Shown: positions 16,581 to 25,463, numbered from the stretch's first letter. The stretch is 64,000 nt of DNA from an uncultured bacterium (GCA_963789635.1 CAWBLF010000003.1:2372-66371), one strand, 5' to 3'. Notes: generated from the letters alone by a model not told the origin. Program-made: numbers and translations.

Positions 16581-19187
16581 TTATTCAAAATGGATTTTGT
16601 TTTCGGTTTTTCTTAGGTGATCTGTGAGGAGAGGGAAGTTTGAGAGAGACGGGTTTTCGGCAATAATTCTTGTCGCTTCTGTCCGTGCCGCTTCCACCAT
16701 CTTAATGTTGCGTATGGCTTCCATTGCCAAATCCGAGATACCCCATTGTTTGCCACCGTACAATTCGCCGGCGCCACGTTGTTGCAAGTCAAACTCGGCC
16801 AGTTCAAAACCATTGGCGGCTTTTTTCAGCGCGTTTAGCCGTTCCGAGGTTTTTTCATTCGAAGATTCTGTGAACACAAAACAATACGGTTGGTATGTGC
16901 TTCTTTGGACACGCCCGCGCAGTTGGTGAAGTTGGGCTAGACCGAACCTTTCGCCTCCTTCAATGATTATGACGGTGGCGTTTGGCACATTGACTCCCAC
17001 TTCAACCACCGATGTTGCTACCAGAATATCAATCTTATGGGTATTGAAATCGTTCATCACTTTTTCTTTTTCTGCCGGAGTCATTTTTCCGTGAAGAATG
17101 GCAATTTCAAATTCCGGAAAAACTTCTTTTTTGAGCCGTTTGGTCTCCTCCGTCACAGACTTGGCAAGGATAGAATTTTCTTTTGTTGGATCCGGCTCAT
17201 TGATGCGCGGGCAAATGACATATGCTTGACGGCCAGATTGTATTTCGTGTCGCACTTTTTCGTAGATATCTTTTCTTTGTTTTGGCAGGACAATTTCTGT
17301 AATGATTTTCTTTCTTCCCGGTGGCATTTCATCGAGCAAGCTTAGATCCAGATCACCATAAAGTGTCAAAGCGAGAGTCCTCGGTATTGGCGTGGCGGTC
17401 ATAGACAATAGATGCGGAACGGACGCGGAACTATGCTGAACATACGCGGAACCACGTGCTTTATCGTAGATAATCCTTTGAATAGTAAGTTCTGACGGGC
17501 CGAAATTTGCTAGTAGTGCTAGACGATAATCTGAACCTTTTAAATAATTCCAAAGCTGCTTTTTTTCCGTAGTTCCAACAAAAGAAAGTGCTTTCAGTTC
17601 AACAATTATTTTTTCATCAATTACAAAATCTGGAATATATACACCAACTTTCTTTTTGTTATAAAAAATTGGAATTTGTTTCTCGCGATTATATGAAATA
17701 TTTCGTTTTGTAAATTCCTCCGCTAGTGCTTTTTGGTAGACAACTTCCTTATGACCAGAACCGAGTTGTTTTTTTACTTCAAATATTGCTTGTCTAACCA
17801 TATACGATAAATCTTTGTACAAAAGTTCTGGACTGGTTTTTTCTTCTGCGACGTTCGGCGTTTGTTCCGCGCTAGTTCCGCGAGCCAGCGCCGCGCGCTG
17901 GCTTACTCCAAATCGGTGTTGTTCATCAATAATGACATAGGCCAGATGTTTGAACTTTACAGATTTTTGGATAAGGGTATGCGTTCCGATAAGAATGGGT
18001 ATCTCTCCACTGGCTACCCATTTGAGAAGCTGGGCGCGTGAAATAGTAGTGTAGCCGTTCGGATTTACTTTTGATGGAAATTTTTTACAACCACTACCCG
18101 TGATTAGACCTATAGAGATTCCCGTTCCCACAAAGAATTTTATAAACGATTCAAAATGTTGTTGGGCTAATATTTCCGTAGGCACCATATAGGCGGTCTG
18201 AAGATTGCCAAAGTCTTGACCATTTGGCCGTGTGGTGGTAACCACAAATGTGCTTGTGGCGGCTACCGCTGTCTTGCCACTTCCCACATCACCTTCGAGC
18301 AAACGGGACATCGGGTGACCTTTTTTGAAATCATAAAGAACGTGTTCAAGAGTTTTTTCTTGAGCTTTTGTGAGAGGAAATGGCAATCGATTGACAAAGT
18401 CTGACAACGTACTTTGATTTGGTTCGATAATAAACCCCTTTTCGTGTTGCCAACGAGCACGGTTTTGTTGTTTTTCCAGTTGAATAAAAAATATTTCCTC
18501 AAATGCAAACCTTTTTCTAGCCGAAAGCGCGTCGTCGGTCTTGTGCGGTGTGTGAATCCAGATGAGTGAAGTTTTTAGATTGGGAAGCTTGTAGGTTTTT
18601 AGAATATTTTCCGGTATTGGGTCATTGATGGTGTCCAATAGACCAGATAAGAAAATTCTTTGTACGGTGTGATACATCCAGTTGGAAGTGATGCCACGAC
18701 TCTCCGGGTAAACAGGATAAAGCGTGTGGTCAGGTACCCCCTCATTCCAAAGTGAATCACCAACTGCCAGTGGAATCTTGGTGACGGTTTCTATTTTTGG
18801 GTTACTCATATAAAGCTCTCCTTTTCTTTCACTTACTTTGCCTTCGGCCCGTACGAGCGAGCCCTCTCCAATCATTTTTGCCAAGTAGGCCTGATGAAAC
18901 CAAATAATTTTCATCCTACCTGTTTCGTCTTCAATCACCCCTTCAGCCATTGGGATTTTTTTGCGAAAAGCCTTGCTGGTTTTGAGTCCGGAAATTTTGC
19001 CAAAGATCACAGCACTACTTCCTTTTGACAATGAACCGATATTCATTTTTGATGCCGTGTCGCCGTATCGGATGGGGAAGTGATAGAGCATATCCGCCAC
19101 GGTTTCAATATGTAAGTTTTTTAGAGCTTTGGCTTGAGCTGGCAAAACTCTAGTTACATCAGAAATTTTTGTTTCAAGATTTATCAT
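16581..19187 (-). CDS. recG: ATP-dependent DNA helicase RecG with an in-frame ~142-aa insertion
   Basis: GDVGSGKT, DEQHRFGV, SMTATPIPRT and QLHQLRGRVQR motifs with an N-terminal wedge/OB region. At 868 aa it is longer than typical because of the insert between motifs II and III. Confidence 0.9.
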   Translation of the reverse strand: MINLETKISDVTRVLPAQAKALKNLHIETVADMLYHFPIRYGDTASKMNIGSLSKGSSAVIFGKISGLKTSKAFRKKIPMAEGVIEDETGRMKIIWFHQAYLAKMIGEGSLVRAEGKVSERKGELYMSNPKIETVTKIPLAVGDSLWNEGVPDHTLYPVYPESRGITSNWMYHTVQRIFLSGLLDTINDPIPENILKTYKLPNLKTSLIWIHTPHKTDDALSARKRFAFEEIFFIQLEKQQNRARWQHEKGFIIEPNQSTLSDFVNRLPFPLTKAQEKTLEHVLYDFKKGHPMSRLLEGDVGSGKTAVAATSTFVVTTTRPNGQDFGNLQTAYMVPTEILAQQHFESFIKFFVGTGISIGLITGSGCKKFPSKVNPNGYTTISRAQLLKWVASGEIPILIGTHTLIQKSVKFKHLAYVIIDEQHRFGVSQRAALARGTSAEQTPNVAEEKTSPELLYKDLSYMVRQAIFEVKKQLGSGHKEVVYQKALAEEFTKRNISYNREKQIPIFYNKKKVGVYIPDFVIDEKIIVELKALSFVGTTEKKQLWNYLKGSDYRLALLANFGPSELTIQRIIYDKARGSAYVQHSSASVPHLLSMTATPIPRTLALTLYGDLDLSLLDEMPPGRKKIITEIVLPKQRKDIYEKVRHEIQSGRQAYVICPRINEPDPTKENSILAKSVTEETKRLKKEVFPEFEIAILHGKMTPAEKEKVMNDFNTHKIDILVATSVVEVGVNVPNATVIIIEGGERFGLAQLHQLRGRVQRSTYQPYCFVFTESSNEKTSERLNALKKAANGFELAEFDLQQRGAGELYGGKQWGISDLAMEAIRNIKMVEAARTEATRIIAENPSLSNFPLLTDHLRKTENKIHFE
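17451..17876 (-). other. GxxExxY / PD-(D/E)xK-like (PDDEXK_3-type) module inserted in-frame in recG (residues ~438-579)
   Basis: LGSGHKEVVYQKAL (GxxExxY-like), DFVIDEKIIVELK (D..E.K) and QLWNYLKGSDYRLALLANFG. Bounded by inverted repeats cgcggaac (17424, 17445) and gttccgcg (17864, 17875). Confidence 0.7.
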
Positions 19188-19195
19188 TCATTTAC

Positions 19196-19287
19196 TGGCG
19201 GAGACGGACGGATTCGAACCGTCGAGGGGTTTTAAAGCCCCTGCCTCTTTAGCAAAGAGGTACGTTAGACCACTCTGACACGTCTCC
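19196..19287 (-). tRNA. tRNA-Ser(GCU), type II, CCA encoded
   Basis: The reverse complement reads GGAGACG..., anticodon loop TTGCTAA, long variable arm GCAGGGGCTTTAAAACCCCTCG, T-arm GACGG-TTCGAAT-CCGTC, G73, CCA. Confidence 0.9.
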
Positions 19288-19446
19288 AATATGTATTCTG
19301 TTACTCTACTGCATTGTTTTTAACAGAAGGTACGTTAGGTCAGGAGTATTTTCCTATTGAAAAATCTCCCGACCCGGACTCGTGCCGTCGCACTCCGTCT
19401 TTGATTTGCTACGTATCCTCGCAAATCAACACTCTGACACGTCTCC
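19288..19446 (-). repeat. tRNA-end-associated element, copy E (upstream of tRNA-Ser), with a partial 5' tRNA duplicate
   Basis: The 17-nt repeat cactctgacacgtctcc is at 19271-19287 and 19430-19446. Hairpin 19401-19409/19421-19429. The core at 19361-19400 aligns with copy A in the same orientation as the host gene. A 13-nt D-arm remnant lies at 19329-19341. Confidence 0.5.
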
Positions 19447-19531
19447 AAGTGCTTGTCACACTATCATAATTATTTTACCTTTTCTATGGTAACTTTTTAT
19501 TATCAATAAAATGGGTTAAAGTTGTCTGGTT

Positions 19532-19618
19532 GGAGGGTTGGGTGAGTGGTTTAAACCAACAGTTTACTAAACTGTCGTCCTTTAATTGGGACCGTGAGTT
19601 CGAATCTCACACCCTCCG
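19532..19618 (+). tRNA. Type II tRNA with Ser-like identity elements, anticodon reading ACU
   Basis: GGAGGGT/ACCCTCC acceptor, G73, long variable arm, T-arm GTGAG-TTCGAAT-CTCAC. The anticodon stem ACAGT/ACTGT encloses the loop TTACTAA. Confidence 0.7.
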
Positions 19619-19706
19619 CAATTACCAAACACCTCAACAAAAGTTGAGGTGTTTGGTAATTTATGAGGGGGCTCGGTAAATTAAAATAGGATGTTAGAAT
19701 ACAAAG

Positions 19707-20750
19707 ATGAAAGCGAGGCACTCACTTAAAATCTTTTTTTATTTTGCGGTAATTATGTCTATGAGCGGTTTTTTCCCTGCCAGGGCAGATGCGATTGGCG
19801 TCATAAAACCGTCATACAATAGACTTTTTTATTTTCGAGACAACTCTCTGGCGCGCCAATCTTTTTTTAAACACTACGATTCAATAGATATTTTTGCCCC
19901 ACAATCGTATGCTCTGGACGCTAATGGTAAATTGAGTGGTTCTATCGACCCGGATATTCTGGCATTTGCCCATATCAGTAATATAAAAATAATGCCGTTG
20001 GTGACAAACGGCGCTTTTAGCCAAGCCTCATATCAAGGAATTCTTGACAATCCTGGAGCGCAAGATATTGCTATTGCTTCGCTTGTGAACGAAGCAAAAT
20101 TAAACGGTTATTATGGTTGGCAGATTGATTTTGAACAGATGGATGTTACTTACCGAGACAAATTTTCAGCATTTATAAAAAAGGCAGGTGATGAAATGAA
20201 AAAAAATAATCTGGCTTTGAGCGTGTCCGTCATAGCCAGATTCTCCGATAATCCGGTAGATTATCCAAACAATCTTTGGACCAATTTGATCGGCGTCTAT
20301 GATTATGCCTCTCTCGCTTCCAGTACCGATTTTGTCAGCATTATGTCTTATGACGACCCCGATTCCAAAGGCCCTGTGGTTGAATTCCCTTGGCTTAGAC
20401 TGGTTCTTGATTACAGTCTCAAATATATTCCATCGGGAAAATTATCACTCGGCATTCCTCTCTACTATTGGCAATGGAATGACAACACTGGGAAGCTTGT
20501 CGGTATCGGTGGTAATGAGGGGATAGATAACGTTTTCAAAAAGCGCAGAGTGACAGTGAACTACAGCATCACCCAGGAAGAACCTTATCTGACCTATAAA
20601 GTTGGCAGAACCAAATACACAATTTGGTATGAGAATGCCAGAAGTGTGAAGAATAAAGTCAATCTAATTACCGAAAATAAATTGAATGGTTTTTCAGCGT
20701 GGGTGCTTGGGTTGGAACTCCCCAGCATTTACAACGTTATCAAAAAATAA
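19707..20750 (+). CDS. Secreted glycoside hydrolase family 18 (chitinase-like) protein
   Basis: Signal peptide and GH18 catalytic motif YGWQIDFEQ (DxxDxDxE-type). Confidence 0.75.
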   Translation: MKARHSLKIFFYFAVIMSMSGFFPARADAIGVIKPSYNRLFYFRDNSLARQSFFKHYDSIDIFAPQSYALDANGKLSGSIDPDILAFAHISNIKIMPLVTNGAFSQASYQGILDNPGAQDIAIASLVNEAKLNGYYGWQIDFEQMDVTYRDKFSAFIKKAGDEMKKNNLALSVSVIARFSDNPVDYPNNLWTNLIGVYDYASLASSTDFVSIMSYDDPDSKGPVVEFPWLRLVLDYSLKYIPSGKLSLGIPLYYWQWNDNTGKLVGIGGNEGIDNVFKKRRVTVNYSITQEEPYLTYKVGRTKYTIWYENARSVKNKVNLITENKLNGFSAWVLGLELPSIYNVIKK

Positions 20751-20755
20751 AAGTT

Positions 20756-20786
20756 CATTTGACGGACGTCGGACGTCCGTCAAATG
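20756..20786. terminator. Perfect 31-nt palindrome (GGACGTCGGACGTCC core) between convergent genes, terminator/REP-like
   Basis: catttgacggacgtc-g-gacgtccgtcaaatg. It sits between the stops of 19707-20750(+) and 20800-21579(-). Confidence 0.6.
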
Positions 20787-20799
20787 AGAATTGTGTTAT

Positions 20800-21579
20800 T
20801 TAAAACGAAATTGCCACGAGCTTGGAAGTGCCGAGTCCCTCCATATTTGGCTTTTTGATACCCAGTACATTTTGCCAGTATGAGTCGTCTTTGAGCACAT
20901 CGATAATCCAAGGGAAGTGTCCGTCCTGCGAGAAAATTATTCCACCTTTTTCCATATGTGGAGACAGATATTTCAAACAGTCTTTGGTAGACTGCACCAA
21001 GTCGGCGTTTATGCAAGCCACAGCAACCTTTTGATTGAGTTGGGGCAACGTGTCTTTGAACCAACCTTTGTGAAATTGGCATCGGCTGATATCTCCGTAT
21101 GCCAAAACATTTCGTTTTACAGTCTCTAGAGAAACAGCATGGCTTCCTTTCGGGAAATGATGCTCTCTTTTGAAAATACTTTTGCCGTGAGTTTCACTGT
21201 TTTCAGGCATACCTTCAAATGAATCAAAAACTTCCAATTTACGTTCACAAAGATGGGCAACCAGACTAAGCTTGGCGGTGCTTCCGCCGTAGTAAGATCC
21301 GGCTTCTACAATGACGCCTTCCACATCTTTGCCGAGGTTAAGAATTTTTCTGGCAATGGTGAATAACTCGTGTTCGGTATGGGGGCAGTCAACTTTGTAT
21401 GAAATCAAATAGAACATACACACCAGCTTGAGCCGTTTTGAAAAAGAGGTTGATGACTTTGTTTGGTGAAACAAAAAGCCGATGATGGCCGGAGCATCTT
21501 TTGGAAGATAATATATTTTTCTGTAGACATACAAAGCTGTCCAAGGAGTATATTTTTTTACAATACTTCTGATTTTCAT
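20800..21579 (-). CDS. TylF/MycF-like class I SAM-dependent O-methyltransferase
   Basis: VIVEAGSYYGGSTAKLS (SAM-binding loop) and FDSFEGMPE resemble the macrocin-O-methyltransferase family. Confidence 0.65.
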   Translation of the reverse strand: MKIRSIVKKYTPWTALYVYRKIYYLPKDAPAIIGFLFHQTKSSTSFSKRLKLVCMFYLISYKVDCPHTEHELFTIARKILNLGKDVEGVIVEAGSYYGGSTAKLSLVAHLCERKLEVFDSFEGMPENSETHGKSIFKREHHFPKGSHAVSLETVKRNVLAYGDISRCQFHKGWFKDTLPQLNQKVAVACINADLVQSTKDCLKYLSPHMEKGGIIFSQDGHFPWIIDVLKDDSYWQNVLGIKKPNMEGLGTSKLVAISF

Positions 21580-21589
21580 TGTATAGACA

Positions 21590-22312
21590 TTAATTTACTT
21601 TTCTGACTAGTACGAACGGAGTCATTTTGTTGCCCTGGCCGAGCGGGTTATCAAGAAGAATTTTTCTGACGGTCTTTTTGTCCAGTCCCACGCCACTGCT
21701 CACCCCCAAGATTTTTACATTGATGAAATTTGCGTCGGCAGTTACTGTCGGCATTCCCAGTTGTTTTTCGACTTTATTGCAATCACTTTGCGGGTCAGGG
21801 GGGGGAAGCACAGCCCATTCTGTGTAAGGATACATATCCTCTGGTATGAATCCATCAATTTCTGAAACTCTGCTACCGGCGACAATCCAAAATATGCCCC
21901 GCATACCGACAAGCTTGCCGAGACCGCCCAGTATCATTGCAGGTATGATGCGATAAATTCCGGCTTCTTCTATTGCCACCTGAACCTTTTCGGGTTTGGA
22001 CCACGCCGTCATGTTTTTGTGTTTTTTTACACCCTTTGTTATGAGTTTCGCAAGCCAAGTCACTTTTACGGTGGAAATATGTCGCACTCTGTTTTGCGAA
22101 ACGGAGATAAGTTTTTCTGAAAGTGCTACCCAGTCGCCGGTCTTATAATGTGGCAAAACAAATTTTTTTAAAACGCTATTAAGATCTTCTCCAAATTCAA
22201 TCAGTCGTGACATTTTTATCGGGAAACGCTCGTACGTTATGCCGTCTACCGTGATTTTTCGGCCCGGTTGTATGGTTGAAAAGCCCCTGTCTTTGTTTTG
22301 TTCTTGTTCCAT
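21590..22312 (-). CDS. F420-0:gamma-glutamyl ligase (CofE)-like family protein
   Basis: 240 aa. The GDWVALSEKLISVSQNRV pattern resembles the CofE-fold family. The assignment is tentative. Confidence 0.45.
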   Translation of the reverse strand: MEQEQNKDRGFSTIQPGRKITVDGITYERFPIKMSRLIEFGEDLNSVLKKFVLPHYKTGDWVALSEKLISVSQNRVRHISTVKVTWLAKLITKGVKKHKNMTAWSKPEKVQVAIEEAGIYRIIPAMILGGLGKLVGMRGIFWIVAGSRVSEIDGFIPEDMYPYTEWAVLPPPDPQSDCNKVEKQLGMPTVTADANFINVKILGVSSGVGLDKKTVRKILLDNPLGQGNKMTPFVLVRKVN

Positions 22313-22401
22313 GAGGGTTGATTATAATATATATACGAATTGGTAACTAGTTGGTAATTATGCACAATTTTATCTAACAAAATCTGTTAGAATATCCACA
22401 T

Positions 22402-22746
22402 ATGGGATACGAACAAATGTATACACCCCCGCCGGAAAGAGGAGCGGAAAAAATATCTAATAATGAAAACCTTGGCATCGAAGCCAGAGTGGTCTTTGAT
22501 AAATTGCGCACCGAGGAAGAAGTGCCTGAGGGGACGGAAGGGGAAGTTAGAACGGGGTATGCTTTCTATGAAGTTGGCGAAGACGATAATTTAAGTGATG
22601 AACCCCTTACGGTAGATATCACAGACAAGCCCGAATTGGTGGTTCTTAAAGAAGACGACTATGTAAAATTGAAGGACAAAAAAATTATTGCCAAACCGGT
22701 GCGTTTTGTCTGGAGCAAGGGTGGTAAGTGGCAAATTGAATATTAG
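22402..22746 (+). CDS. Hypothetical acidic protein
   Basis: 114-aa ORF. No motif recognised. Confidence 0.4.
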   Translation: MGYEQMYTPPPERGAEKISNNENLGIEARVVFDKLRTEEEVPEGTEGEVRTGYAFYEVGEDDNLSDEPLTVDITDKPELVVLKEDDYVKLKDKKIIAKPVRFVWSKGGKWQIEY

Positions 22747-23384
22747 TGGGCTATAGCGAGAGCAATGATTTTTTTGGCACCAGCTTCTTTGAGGGCGCGC
22801 CTCGCTTCTATCATGGTGGCACCTGTCGTGATAACGTCGTCGATAATTATAATATTCTTTCCGGCGACTTCTTCCGATGCTGTAAAAGAATTATGAAGAT
22901 TGTTTAGTCTGGCATGACGGTTACTCACTTTTACCTGAGCTTCGGTTTCTTTGATTTTTCTTAGACCATTTTCAATATACTCTAAGTTAGTATCTACCCC
23001 CAATTTTATTATTGCGCGAGCCATGTCATCCGCCTGATTGAATCCCTTTTCTTTTGCGTGAGCGCTTCCCGTCGGTATTGATATCAATGTCCAACGTGTC
23101 GTGTCGAAAGCGCCATAGTCTTCAGCTAGAGAAATAATGTCTTCATAAAAAAGGGTAGCTACGGCGTCAAGAAGAATTTTATTGCGTGAGTATTTGATTT
23201 CCAAAACTAAAGCGCGGGCCATCTTGTCTTTGTAGTGAAACAACGCCCGCATCCACGGTTTTGGGGTGTCAAAAGACGGGGTAATGTCACCAAGCTGTCC
23301 GGAATTTGCCAGTGTTTCGAGCTTTGTCACCTCATATTTTTTGGGGAAAATAATATCTAAAACCTGTGAGATAAATGAGAGCAT
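22743..23384 (-). CDS. comFC: ComF family phosphoribosyltransferase-like competence protein
   Basis: C-terminal PRTase motif NIIIIDDVITTGATM. Sits next to the pilus locus. Confidence 0.8.
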   Translation of the reverse strand: MLSFISQVLDIIFPKKYEVTKLETLANSGQLGDITPSFDTPKPWMRALFHYKDKMARALVLEIKYSRNKILLDAVATLFYEDIISLAEDYGAFDTTRWTLISIPTGSAHAKEKGFNQADDMARAIIKLGVDTNLEYIENGLRKIKETEAQVKVSNRHARLNNLHNSFTASEEVAGKNIIIIDDVITTGATMIEARRALKEAGAKKIIALAIAH

Positions 23385-23451
23385 ATAAGCATAATATCAA
23401 ATATTTTGAACTTAATTTCAGTTTTTCTTATGCTATAATTGAAACAAAATA

Positions 23452-24588
23452 ATGGCTAATCCCCTTAAAAAATTATTTTCTTTCGGCAAAAAATCTTCAA
23501 GCGTACTTGGAATTGATATAGGTTCGTCGGCAATCAAAGTTGTGCAGTTACGCAAGAAAAACGACAAAGCTGTACTTGAAACATACGGCGAACTTTCTTT
23601 GGGTCCATATGGAGGAATGGAGATTGGCCAAGCGACCTCTCTTTCAACGGACAAACTCGTAGAAGCATTGACCGATTTGATGGCAGAAAAGGAGGTAAAT
23701 CTTACTACCAATTCTGCCGGTATGGCTATTCCATTTTCATCCAGTCTTATGGCTCTTATGGAGATGCCACTAGTCAGTTATCAGCAACTTTCGGTTATGA
23801 TTCCGCTTGAAGCCAGAAAGTATATTCCGGTTCCCATTTCAGAAGTGACACTTGATTGGACAGTAATTCCAAAAGAAGAAAATGAAGACGATGCAAAAGA
23901 AGAAGTGAACGATACCTCAAAAGAAAAAGAACCGACCAAAATCAAAAAAACGGATGTTTTGCTTGTGGCCATACACAACGAAACCCTGGCGCGTTACCAA
24001 GAAATTATTCGTAAGACAAATTTGCAATCCAGTTTTTTTGAAATTGAGATTTTTAGCACGATGCGCGCAATTCTAGAGGACGACCAAGCGCCGGTGATGA
24101 TTTTTGATATCGGAGCAGCATCGAGCAAACTTTATATTGTGGAGAGGGGGATTGTCCGCTTGTCACACACTATCAATCGTGGTTCGCAGGATATCACGCA
24201 GACAGTTTCAAAATCGTTGGGTATTCCTATGGCGCAAGCCGAAGTGATTAAGCGCACATCGGGGGCGCTTCCAAATTCAAGTGTCGATATCAGAAATTTA
24301 ACCAGGCTATCGCTGGATTACATTTTTTCCGAAGCCAACCAAGTAGTGCTCAATTATGAGCGAAAATACAAAAAAACTATCGGTAGAATAATGATGGTAG
24401 GAGGCGGTTCGTCGCTCAAAGGTCTTGCAGATTTGGCGAAAGAAAGTTTCCAAACCCCGGTGGTGGCTGGGAATCCTTTTGCCAAGACGGAAGCCCCGGC
24501 ATTTCTAGAAGATATTTTGCGTGAAACCGGTCCCGAGTTTGCAGTGGCTGTAGGTGTGGCACTTAGGAAGCTTCAGGAATTGGATTAA
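23452..24588 (+). CDS. pilM: Type IV pilus assembly protein PilM (actin-like ATPase fold)
   Basis: The N-terminus ..VLGIDIGSSAIKVVQL.. is typical of PilM. First gene of the pilMNO block. Confidence 0.85.
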   Translation: MANPLKKLFSFGKKSSSVLGIDIGSSAIKVVQLRKKNDKAVLETYGELSLGPYGGMEIGQATSLSTDKLVEALTDLMAEKEVNLTTNSAGMAIPFSSSLMALMEMPLVSYQQLSVMIPLEARKYIPVPISEVTLDWTVIPKEENEDDAKEEVNDTSKEKEPTKIKKTDVLLVAIHNETLARYQEIIRKTNLQSSFFEIEIFSTMRAILEDDQAPVMIFDIGAASSKLYIVERGIVRLSHTINRGSQDITQTVSKSLGIPMAQAEVIKRTSGALPNSSVDIRNLTRLSLDYIFSEANQVVLNYERKYKKTIGRIMMVGGGSSLKGLADLAKESFQTPVVAGNPFAKTEAPAFLEDILRETGPEFAVAVGVALRKLQELD

Positions 24589-24604
24589 TGCATTATCTGA
24601 TTTC

Positions 24605-24629
24605 CACTTGGACATCGGATGTCCAAGTG
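24605..24629. repeat. Palindrome cacttGGACATCgGATGTCCaagtg (GGACRTCGGAYGTCC family), downstream of pilM
   Basis: Perfect 12-bp arms. It shares its core with 32778-32800, 20756-20786 and 16549-16570. Confidence 0.6.
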
Positions 24630-24760
24630 TTTGTAACGTGCGCTTCGCACTGTTGTGCTCAGCACCTTCGGCCTCGACGGCCTCGGTGTGGATTAGATTG
24701 GCTATATTATTTTAGTTTGTTGTATAATAAACGGGAATTGGTGTCTTGTTAGCAACCAAA

Positions 24761-25459
24761 ATGGATCCCCAAAATACATCCTCGTTCATTCCAAAGAAAA
24801 CAATGGTGCCGGGAGGCGCCTTTCCCCGCTCATCAAGTTTGTTTTCGTTTGCGGCAAATTTAATTTTTGTTGTAGCCATTATTTCTTTGGTTGTGGTTTT
24901 TTTGTACCAAAAATACTTGGAAGGGCAGGTCTCACAAATGAGCGCCAATCTTTCTTCTACCCGAGTCGCTTTACAGCCAAATGTCATCACCGAATTGTCA
25001 CGTTCTGATGAACGTATTATTTCTGCGAACGATCTTTTGAATAAACACGTTGCTCTTTCAGATTTCTTTGCCTTGTTGCAATCACTGACTCTTCAAAACC
25101 TCCGATTTACCAGTTTTTCTTACTCAGAAAACGCTCAAGGAGTTTTGACGGTTTCGATGAAAGGTCAGGCCCCCACATATTCCACTGTCGCTGTCCAGGA
25201 AAATATTTTTAACAACAACAACAATTTCATCAATCCAACGTTTTCAAACCTCGATCTTGATGACAAGGGAAATGTCGTTTTTGATTTTCAAAGTCAATTG
25301 AATCCTAAAGCCGTTTCTTACAAGGAACAGTTTGACGCCGCCAACGCGGGCACCGTTACAGCACCGCCTGCGAACAACTCAAGTCCAGCAAGTCCTGCAA
25401 CTACATCAACTACAGCAACCACGACTGTGAAGACTTCTTCTACTACACCCACCCAATAA
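24761..25459 (+). CDS. pilN: PilN-like pilus assembly membrane protein
   Basis: Single TM helix followed by a coiled/fimbrial-assembly-like region and a Ser/Thr/Pro-rich tail. Positioned after pilM. ATG at 24761 preferred over the ORF-track start at 24746. Confidence 0.6.
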   Translation: MDPQNTSSFIPKKTMVPGGAFPRSSSLFSFAANLIFVVAIISLVVVFLYQKYLEGQVSQMSANLSSTRVALQPNVITELSRSDERIISANDLLNKHVALSDFFALLQSLTLQNLRFTSFSYSENAQGVLTVSMKGQAPTYSTVAVQENIFNNNNNFINPTFSNLDLDDKGNVVFDFQSQLNPKAVSYKEQFDAANAGTVTAPPANNSSPASPATTSTTATTTVKTSSTTPTQ

Positions 25460-25463
25460 ATTT

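Noticed and set aside
17451-17876. The recG insertion as an intein
   Set aside because: The insert does not begin with the Cys/Ser that starts almost all inteins, it lacks a C-terminal His-Asn, and it has no Hint or LAGLIDADG blocks. The segment matches a GxxExxY/PD-(D/E)xK-type module instead.
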